Shown: positions 23,395 to 29,880 of the stretch, in pieces
How positions within the stretch are numbered: position 1 is the stretch's first letter
Layout of the letters: each line of letters begins with the position of its first letter
DNA from: Zestosphaera tikiterensis
GTDB lineage: Archaea > Thermoproteota > Thermoprotei_A > Sulfolobales > NBVN01
Assembly (NCBI GenBank): GCA_003056265.1
Contig: NBVN01000003.1
Span: 90,001-122,000 of the forward strand
DNA length: 32,000 nucleotides
Direction: 5' to 3'
Notes under the pieces: generated by a model
What the model was told of the DNA's origin: nothing
Database searches by the model: none
The model's input: only the letters and a program-made list of their open reading frames with translations
Program-made: the position numbers and the translations under genes

Positions 23395-25390
23395 GGATAG
23401 GGTTGTAGGCGTTGACGTACTTAAATCAGGTAGTGATTTATCGCAGTTTAGATATGCTGTTGCTTACGTGGAAGGATCCACGATTAAAAACGTTGAAGAG
23501 ATGAGTTTCGGTAGGTTAGTTAGGGTTTTATGGGAGTTGAAACCATCTCTGTTAGCCGTAGATAACGTGTTGGAATTGGGGGGCAGTAAGAAAAACCTCG
23601 TTAAGTTCCTTAGGTTGTTGCCTCCATCAGTAAATATAGTTCAAGTTAACGTTGATGAGAAGCCCGTAAGTCTGAAGGAGCTCGCACGTAAAGCTGGGTT
23701 GGTTGAAGATAGAGGTAAGTTAGACCCGTTTAAAACCGCTATAGTGCTTGCTTATTTAGCTAAGGAAGGTTATGGAAGGAAGCTCGTCGTTTTCGAGAGG
23801 AAAGTTAAGGTAAGCGTATCTCCCGGAAGATCTGGCGTGGCTGGCGGTTCACGAACTGAGAAGTTCCAAAGGAATTTAAGGGGTGTTGTGTCTAGGGTTG
23901 TTAAGAACATTAAAGAAAGACTTGATAAGGCGGGGATAGACTACGATCTACTACTAAGAAGGAGTAAAGGGGGTGTGGAGAAAGCTGAGTTTATAGTGTA
24001 TGCTTCTAGGGAGGAACTTTACGGTATAGTTAAGCAAGTTAGAAGTAAGGATGTCGTGGTTAGGGTGAAGCCCGTCTTAAATAAGAGATTGCTTAACCTT
24101 ACGGAATCCGAACTTAAAGAAGCTAGGTATTTAATAGTTGGTTACGATCCAGGCACTGAAGCCGGTTTAGCGGTTTTAGACCTAGATAAAAACCTGCTTT
24201 ACCTGGCTTCAGGTAGGGAGTTAGATCGGGCTGAGGTGCTGGCTTTAGTGGTTAGGTTCGGCACGCCCGTTATGGTAGCCACGGATAAGAACCCCCCACC
24301 TGAGGTTGTTAAGAAGCTTTCTTCGGCTTTAGGTGCTATACTTTACGTCCCCCCTAAATCCCTAACTACGGCAGAGAAGGAGATGTTAGTAGCTGAGTTT
24401 TTAAGTAGTTCATCATCACGGTTTGAAGTTAAGAACGCACATGAAAGAGATGCGCTTTCAGCCGTTCTTAAAGCTTATAAAGCATTTGAGGAGAAGATGG
24501 AGAAGATAACGGACGTACTTAAGGAGATGGGCCTCATAAACGTTAACATTCAGAAATATAAAGTTAAGATATTAATGAATGAGACCGTGAGTTCCATAGT
24601 TGAAGACATTATAAACGACCTCGTAAGTAACTCACGATTTGAGGATCAACGGAAGGAAGTGCGTGAAGCCACTCAGTCTACACAAGTAACTTCAGAACTC
24701 ACACCTACAGTCTTAAGTAGGGTTGCTGAGCTTGAGAAGGAGAAGGAAATGTATAGGCAGAGAGTGAAGGTTTTAGAAGAGAGAGTGAAAGAGCTTGAGA
24801 AGGATTTAAACATACTTACTTCGGAGCTTAAGGAGCAGGTGTTGAAAGATAGGAAGGTTAGCGAGTTGCTTCACAGACTTAAGAACGCTGAAATCGCTTT
24901 AAATCAAGTTATGGAGGAAAACGCTGTGCTTAAGGATAGGTTAATACGTGCTTATGACGTCATAAAGAAGGTATACGTAGGTAAGCACGTGTTAATACCT
25001 AAGCTTAAAGAAGAGTGTTTAGAGTTTATGGAAGTGCGGAGGGAAGGCATACCCATGGTTTTCATGTCTGAAGCAAGCACCTTAAACGAGAAGGTTTTAA
25101 ACTACGTGGTTAGGAATAAACTAGCTTTGATATTACCTCCAGGCGCCTTTAAAACTTGCGAGGATTTAATCTCAACTCACTTAATACCCGCCACAACAGC
25201 TAGCGAGGTTTACGAAGTAGATGAGTGTTTGGTGTTAGTGGGTAGCGACGTCGTAAGCTCCACCTATGAGTTAGTTAAGCAACTTGAGAAAGAGAGAAGA
25301 AGGAAGGAATATGGATTAACTTACGAGGAGCTTGAAAAGCTTTTAAGCGAGTACCGCATGTTTTCAAGCGGTGAAGGAACTCCAGAGTGA
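23384..25390 (+). CDS. DUF460-like archaeal protein: two RNase H-fold (RuvC/YqgF-like) modules plus a long coiled coil
   Basis: About 668 aa. The first module is VVGVDVL...LLAVDNV. The second is LIVGYDPGTEAGLAVLDLD...VMVATDKNPPP...NAHERDALSAVLKAY, which resembles the RuvC catalytic D/D(E)/H..D arrangement. A heptad-rich segment follows (ELEKEKEMYRQRVKVLEERVKELEKDLNILTSELKEQ...). The start (GTG 23381 or ATG 23384) overlaps the rio2 end by 11-14 nt. Confidence 0.6.
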   Translation: MSSEDRVVGVDVLKSGSDLSQFRYAVAYVEGSTIKNVEEMSFGRLVRVLWELKPSLLAVDNVLELGGSKKNLVKFLRLLPPSVNIVQVNVDEKPVSLKELARKAGLVEDRGKLDPFKTAIVLAYLAKEGYGRKLVVFERKVKVSVSPGRSGVAGGSRTEKFQRNLRGVVSRVVKNIKERLDKAGIDYDLLLRRSKGGVEKAEFIVYASREELYGIVKQVRSKDVVVRVKPVLNKRLLNLTESELKEARYLIVGYDPGTEAGLAVLDLDKNLLYLASGRELDRAEVLALVVRFGTPVMVATDKNPPPEVVKKLSSALGAILYVPPKSLTTAEKEMLVAEFLSSSSSRFEVKNAHERDALSAVLKAYKAFEEKMEKITDVLKEMGLINVNIQKYKVKILMNETVSSIVEDIINDLVSNSRFEDQRKEVREATQSTQVTSELTPTVLSRVAELEKEKEMYRQRVKVLEERVKELEKDLNILTSELKEQVLKDRKVSELLHRLKNAEIALNQVMEENAVLKDRLIRAYDVIKKVYVGKHVLIPKLKEECLEFMEVRREGIPMVFMSEASTLNEKVLNYVVRNKLALILPPGAFKTCEDLISTHLIPATTASEVYEVDECLVLVGSDVVSSTYELVKQLEKERRRKEYGLTYEELEKLLSEYRMFSSGEGTPE

Positions 25391-25436
25391 AAAAGAACTT
25401 TTTCCACTGAGTGGTAATATTCTCGGGTAGTAAGCG

Positions 25437-25754
25437 ATGAAGTCGAGGAAAACGCTGGCGTTTAAGAAGGAGTACGGTAAGCCTATATTGTTAGGGCGTA
25501 AAACCTTAACTATACGGTTAAATTCAAACCTTAAAGAAGGTGATGTTGTGGAGGTTAGAGCGGGGGGTGTTGTTTTAGGTAAGGCCTTAATTGAGGAGGT
25601 TAAGGTTAAGAAAGTCCTTGAGTTAACGGATGAAGACGCTGTTAACGACGGGTTTAGAAGTAGGGAGGAGTTGCTTAGGGCCTTGAAGAACATATATAAG
25701 GATAGGATTTCCGCATCAACTGAGGTTAAGCTAATAAAGTTTAAACTGCTTTGA
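25437..25754 (+). CDS. ASCH domain (PUA-like fold) protein
   Basis: 105 aa. The pattern GRKTLTIRLN...LKEGDVVEV....LGKALIEEVKV.....LTDEDAVNDGF.S.EELL.AL..IY fits the ASCH profile: a beta-barrel with a GxKxxExR-like start and a C-terminal helix. Confidence 0.6.
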   Translation: MKSRKTLAFKKEYGKPILLGRKTLTIRLNSNLKEGDVVEVRAGGVVLGKALIEEVKVKKVLELTDEDAVNDGFRSREELLRALKNIYKDRISASTEVKLIKFKLL

Positions 25755-25797
25755 CTGAATGAATGTTATGGATGCGTAACGTTTTTAAGGTTTGGCT

Positions 25798-25811
25798 TCA
25801 CATATATGTGA
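25798..25811. promoter_or_regulatory. Perfect 14 bp palindrome TCACATATATGTGA upstream of the Sm gene (TATA/operator candidate)
   Basis: I verified base by base that the sequence is its own reverse complement. It lies 32 nt upstream of ATG 25843 and about 10 nt downstream of a second TATA-like element, TTTTTAAGG (25781-25789). Confidence 0.4.
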
Positions 25812-25842
25812 GTGGGCCTAGTTAAGGAAGGTGTTTAGCTAT

Positions 25843-26094
25843 ATGGCGTCGCAAAAACTTGAAAACCCCTTAAGGGTTTTAAGGTCTGCCGTGAATAAGG
25901 ACGTCCTCGTTAAAGTTAAGGACGGTAATTCATTCTTAGGTAGGTTGATATTCACAGACTCAACGATGAATATAGTTATGGTGGATACGGATGAAGTTAC
26001 AGACGATTTAAACACCCCGCTAGCAAGGTATGGAACTGTCTTAATTAGAGGTAGTCAAATACTGTACATTGTCGTAGACTATAAAAGAAGCTAA
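25843..26094 (+). CDS. Sm-like archaeal protein (SmAP, Lsm family)
   Basis: 83 aa from ATG 25843 (track start GTG 25831). The Sm1 motif is VLVKVKDGNSFLGRLIFTDSTMNIVMVDTDE and the Sm2 motif is YGTVLIRGSQILYIV. Confidence 0.85.
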   Translation: MASQKLENPLRVLRSAVNKDVLVKVKDGNSFLGRLIFTDSTMNIVMVDTDEVTDDLNTPLARYGTVLIRGSQILYIVVDYKRS

Positions 26095-26148
26095 CAAACG
26101 TGTAACATGCTTAAATAACGTTTAAGACTATGTTATTAGGGTGTGTAT

Positions 26149-26556
26149 ATGCCAGTTCGGGAGAACATTATAGACGCTAGATTCAGCGGACGTGAAGTAG
26201 AGTTTAAAGTTATGGGGGTTAACGAACCTATTCGAGGCCTTATAGATGAGGTTTCCAGGTATGAGATAGGCTTGAGGGTTAAGGATAAGGCGTACGTAAT
26301 TTACAGACACGCAATACTCACAGCTAAAGTAGAGCCTACAGAACTCCACGGATTCAGCGCAGAGCAACTCAACGATACTGTGATAAACTCCGAGTTCATA
26401 GGGTCTGAAATTGAGATACACTTAATAGACGGTAGCGTGGTTTCCGGAACCTTAATAAAGATCTCCAAATATGAGATAGGCGTTAAAAGCGGTGATGAAG
26501 GGCTTGTAATACCTAAGTCTTCAATTTCCTACGTGGTAATAGTTAAAACTCAATGA
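26149..26556 (+). CDS. Tandem Sm/Hfq-like domain protein (two Sm-like repeats in one chain)
   Basis: 135 aa from ATG 26149 (GGGTG 8 nt upstream; track start GTG 26143). Residues about 14-62 and 85-133 (track numbering) align with each other. Repeat 1 is FSGREVEFKVMGVNEPIRGLIDEVSRYEIGLRVKDKAYVIYRHAILTAKV. Repeat 2 is FIGSEIEIHLIDGSVVSGTLIKISKYEIGVKSGDEGLVIPKSSISYVVI. Repeat 1 ends in YRHAI, close to the Hfq Sm2 signature [YF]KHAI. Confidence 0.6.
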   Translation: MPVRENIIDARFSGREVEFKVMGVNEPIRGLIDEVSRYEIGLRVKDKAYVIYRHAILTAKVEPTELHGFSAEQLNDTVINSEFIGSEIEIHLIDGSVVSGTLIKISKYEIGVKSGDEGLVIPKSSISYVVIVKTQ

Positions 26557-26600
26557 CGAGGCTTTTCAGGCATATATTAAGTTATTTAAGTTACGCTGAC

Positions 26601-27227
26601 CTACCGCGTTGCTAAGTTTAATCGAAATATATCGTCTAACGTGTCTATATCAGCTATAATTCCTGCGTCATCCGTAACTACGTAGTCTATTCGATCCTTA
26701 AACCTACTTAAGAATCCTTTAAGACCCCTCTCCTCCTCCCTTATGTTAAGGAGTTCCTTAAACAACCCCCTCCCAACAACTAACGGGTGTCCGCCCTTAC
26801 CTAGGGTTGCGTGCTTGGGAATTACTATGAATTCCCTACTTACTTTATAGAGGTCTTTAGCCCTATTAACGACGTTCACAAGTGTTTCAACCTTGATTAA
26901 CGGGACGTCGGCCGGGTGGATTGCGATTATGTCGGAGTAGTCCATAACGTTTAAAACTCCTTTAATTACGGAGGAGCTCATACCCCTCTCATAGTCTGGG
27001 TTGTAAATGAATTTAACTTTCAAGTCTTTAAGAACCTCCGTTACTGATTGACTTTCATGCCCTACCACTACAGCGACTTCATCGAATGTCCTTGAATTTA
27101 AAAACTTAACCACAGTATGTCTGACTATGTAGTCCTTAACTCCATCTACGACGACCTCATACAGCATTTTATTGCCGGGAAACCTCGTTGATTTCCCAGC
27201 GGCTAAAATAACGGCAGTAATGAACAT
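26601..27227 (-). CDS. mocA: MobA/MocA-like molybdenum cofactor nucleotidyltransferase
   Basis: 208 aa. The N-terminus AVILAAGKSTRF..NKML is the NTP_transf_3 signature, and a later PADVPLI block is present. The gene is divergent from xdhC and the molybdenum hydroxylase genes. Confidence 0.75.
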   Translation of the reverse strand: MFITAVILAAGKSTRFPGNKMLYEVVVDGVKDYIVRHTVVKFLNSRTFDEVAVVVGHESQSVTEVLKDLKVKFIYNPDYERGMSSSVIKGVLNVMDYSDIIAIHPADVPLIKVETLVNVVNRAKDLYKVSREFIVIPKHATLGKGGHPLVVGRGLFKELLNIREEERGLKGFLSRFKDRIDYVVTDDAGIIADIDTLDDIFRLNLATR

Positions 27228-27341
27228 ATTCCTAACCTGTTAAGGTATTTAAACAGCGTTTAAATATTTTACTTTGGGGGTTGCTTTACGAGCATACCTA
27301 AGAATATACATGACGAAGAATTACTAGCTAAAGCTCTTGAA

Positions 27342-28160
27342 ATGCTTAGGAAGGGTGTTCCAATAGCTATAGCCACCATAGTTAAGAAGGAAGGCTCAGG
27401 CCCTAGAGACGTAGGTTCTAAAGTCCTAGTTACAGCGGATGGTAAGGTTTTTGGGACGTTAGGTGGTGGGTCTTTCGAAAGGAGTTTAATAGCGGAATGT
27501 CTTAAAGCCATAGCTGAAGGAAAGCCTAAAACACTTAAATATTCCTTCACGGGACGTCCCGTTGAGGGAGCTATAGACACAGGACTTATTTGCGGTGGTG
27601 TGTTGGAAGTGTTTATAGATGTGCTTAAACCTCAACAAAGGGTTGTTGTGTTTGGTAGTGGGCGTGTGGGGAAACCTCTTTCAGATATCTTAAGCTTCCT
27701 AGGGTTTAAAGTGGTTGTAATGGATCCTAACGCTGAGTTGCTGCGTGAGGACTTATACCCATATGCTGAAGCAAGGGTTTTAACGCCTGTCGACGAAATA
27801 GAAGCTAAGGTTAAAGAAGTCGTTAGGGATGGGGACGTCGTGTTAGTAACTCACGGTGAGGTGGAGATAGACTATAAAGCCGTTAAGTCGGCGTTGCAGG
27901 CCAACCCCAAGTACGTAGGTCTTTTAGGAAGTAGGAGGAAAGTCGCTGAATTCGTTAAGAGGTTATTAGCTGAGGGAATCCCTGAAGACGTAATTAAAAG
28001 TAAGTTTAGAGGCCCCATCGGAGTTGATATCCCAGCAGACACACCTGAGGAGATCTCCATATCAGTAGCTGCTGAAGTGTTAAGCATTCTTAAAGGCGGT
28101 ACCAACGTAAAAACGTTAAACATCGTTTCGGAGGTTTTAACGCGATTAAAAAGTAGCTGA
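27342..28160 (+). CDS. xdhC: XdhC/CoxI family molybdenum hydroxylase accessory (maturation) protein
   Basis: 272 aa. The N-domain reads LRKGVPIAIATIVKKEGSGPRDVGSKVLVTADGKVFGTLGGG. The Rossmann-like C-domain has VVVFGSGRVG and YVGLLGSRRK. The in-frame upstream stretch back to 27264 has no canonical start. Confidence 0.85.
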   Translation: MLRKGVPIAIATIVKKEGSGPRDVGSKVLVTADGKVFGTLGGGSFERSLIAECLKAIAEGKPKTLKYSFTGRPVEGAIDTGLICGGVLEVFIDVLKPQQRVVVFGSGRVGKPLSDILSFLGFKVVVMDPNAELLREDLYPYAEARVLTPVDEIEAKVKEVVRDGDVVLVTHGEVEIDYKAVKSALQANPKYVGLLGSRRKVAEFVKRLLAEGIPEDVIKSKFRGPIGVDIPADTPEEISISVAAEVLSILKGGTNVKTLNIVSEVLTRLKSS

Positions 28161-28450
28161 AGCCTACGTTGAAGGTTTAACGACGTTTCTCACATCATTC
28201 ACAGCTTCACATATTCGTTAACAAGGAATCCATTACAACTACCTCACATACTAAAACACATTTGTAAATTTTACTCTTAATAAAATCGTATGGGGGAGGT
28301 AAATCATCGGCGGTTAATCTTAATGTGTGATTTTAACACGTTTAAAGCAACTACATACCTAAGCTATTGACTACGTGTTTACAGGCCTTTAACCCCGTTA
28401 ATTTAATGGCTTTAATAAATATTTTAAAAATTTCAACCGTATATTCAAGG

Positions 28451-29341
28451 GTGAGTTTAACGTTTAGGTTTAACGTATATATCCCCAAGGATTTAAACGA
28501 CGCTTTAAGGGCTTTAAAGGTTGAGGGTGAGGGGCTTCTACCTATAGCCGGAGGTACGGATTTACTCGTGCTTTACAGGCAGGGGTTAGTGAAGTTTAAT
28601 AAGTTACTTGATTTATGGCCTTTAAGGAATTCACTGTCTTACGTTAGGTTTGAGGGTGGGTATGTTAAGATAGGCGCGTTAACAACCGTGAGCGAGTTGC
28701 TAGACTCACGTATCTACATGGATAAGAGGTTTTTAGGTTTTAAAGATGCTTGCTCAGGTTTCGCATCGCCTTTCATAAGATCCATAGCTACGGTTGGAGG
28801 TAATGTTGGCGCAGCACACCCGCTATCTGACATAGCTATCCTACTCTTAGCTTACGACGCCAACGTTAAGTTAGCTAGCTTAGATGGTGAGAGGTTAGTA
28901 CCTTTACGTGAGTTCTTCATTGATAAGAGAAAGACTTTACGTAAGCCAGACGAGTTAATCGTGGAGCTAAGTTTTAAAGAACCCCCAACCAACTCCTCAA
29001 CGTCTTTAATCAAGCTGGATAGGAGGGTCGGTCACTCCATGGGTTATGTAATCGTCAGCACGTATTTAGAGTTGATTGACGATATAGTAAAAGATGTTAG
29101 GATAGTTTTTGATAGTATGGGTAAGCCCTACCCAGAAAGAGCTTACAAAACTGAGGAGTACTTAAGAGGGAAAACTTTATCTGAAGACGTTGTTAAGGAA
29201 GCTTCGGAATCTATCCTACCTAATGAGATGCGTAGGATTACAGACTATAGATCTTCAGCTGAGTACAGGGTTGAGTTATCTAAGGTTTTACTTAAGAGGG
29301 CTTTATTCAAAACGAAGGAGAGAATCTTGGGTGGTGCGTGA
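28451..29341 (+). CDS. Molybdenum hydroxylase FAD-binding (medium) subunit, CoxM/XdhB/CutB-like
   Basis: The FAD_binding_5 pattern is FRFNVYIPKDLNDALRALK....LPIAGGTDLLV and ATVGGNVG. The C-terminal CO_deh_flav_C-like block is ITDYRSSAEYRVELSKVLLKRAL. I prefer GTG 28451 over the track start TTG 28367, because 28406-28450 is an AT-rich promoter-like stretch (AATAAATATTTTAAAAATTT). Confidence 0.8.
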   Translation: MSLTFRFNVYIPKDLNDALRALKVEGEGLLPIAGGTDLLVLYRQGLVKFNKLLDLWPLRNSLSYVRFEGGYVKIGALTTVSELLDSRIYMDKRFLGFKDACSGFASPFIRSIATVGGNVGAAHPLSDIAILLLAYDANVKLASLDGERLVPLREFFIDKRKTLRKPDELIVELSFKEPPTNSSTSLIKLDRRVGHSMGYVIVSTYLELIDDIVKDVRIVFDSMGKPYPERAYKTEEYLRGKTLSEDVVKEASESILPNEMRRITDYRSSAEYRVELSKVLLKRALFKTKERILGGA

Positions 29342-29880
29342 TGTTAGAAGTTCGAAGATCGGATGTGGAGTATCCAGACGTTGAGATAGTTATGAAAATC
29401 AACGGTGAGTTAAAGAAAGTTAAGGTTAAACCTTACGAAAGGCTAATCGACGTTTTAAGGAATAAGCTCGGATTGACTTCCGTTAAGGAGGGGTGTGGTA
29501 GAGGGGAATGCGGTGCGTGCGTTGTTATAATGGATAATCGACCCGTTCCTTCATGTTTAGTCTTGGCTGTAAGAGCTAATGGCAAGTCAATACTTACTTT
29601 AGAGGGTTTAGCGCCTGAGGGTAAGATACACGCGATTCAAAAAGCTTTAATTGATGTGCACGCACTACAATGCGGTTTTTGCTTCCCAGGTGTTATAATG
29701 ATGTCTAAACACCTACTCGATAATAATCCCGACCCGTCGGAGGAGGAGATAAGAGAGGCTTTAGATGGGAACTTATGTAGATGCGGTAGTTACTTAAGGT
29801 TTGTTAAAGCTGTGAAGCTAGCGTCTAAGTATTTAAGGGAGGGAAAGACGTACTTCGACGAGTCTGAGGTTTTGAGGTGA
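29341..29880 (+). CDS. Molybdenum hydroxylase 2x[2Fe-2S] (small) subunit, CoxS/XdhC-type iron-sulfur subunit
   Basis: The plant-type 2Fe-2S motif is CGRGECGACVV...C and the second cluster motif is QCGFCFPG....CRCGSY. The GTGATG junction overlaps the stop of the FAD subunit. A later ATG at 29392 is also possible. Confidence 0.9.
   Translation: MLEVRRSDVEYPDVEIVMKINGELKKVKVKPYERLIDVLRNKLGLTSVKEGCGRGECGACVVIMDNRPVPSCLVLAVRANGKSILTLEGLAPEGKIHAIQKALIDVHALQCGFCFPGVIMMSKHLLDNNPDPSEEEIREALDGNLCRCGSYLRFVKAVKLASKYLREGKTYFDESEVLR

Noticed and set aside
25364-25693. 109 aa minus-strand ORF overlapping the ASCH gene
   Set aside because: The plus-strand frame gives a recognisable ASCH-like pattern and fits the operon direction. 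The minus ORF is S/L/T-rich with no features.
26128-26421. 97 aa minus-strand ORF opposite the tandem Sm-like gene
   Set aside because: The plus-strand frame shows a convincing internal duplication and Sm/Hfq motifs. The minus frame shows nothing comparable.
27269-27580. 103 aa minus-strand ORF opposite the xdhC 5' part (also 27872-28123, 29190-29384, 30521-30817)
   Set aside because: These lie antisense to, or out of frame with, well-supported XdhC and hydroxylase subunit genes. They are shadow ORFs.
28185-28200. AATGATGT on the minus strand upstream of the hydroxylase genes as a possible C box
   Set aside because: No CTGA boxes follow at guide-length spacing, so it is not a C/D sRNA.
28367-28450. 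N-terminal 28 aa extension of the FAD subunit from the TTG start in the ORF track
   Set aside because: The extension (MTTCLQAFNPVNLMALINILKISTVYSR) is encoded by promoter-like AT-rich DNA and has no counterpart in CoxM/XdhB-type proteins. Those proteins start right at the xFxYxxPxxLxEAL block, so GTG 28451 is preferred.
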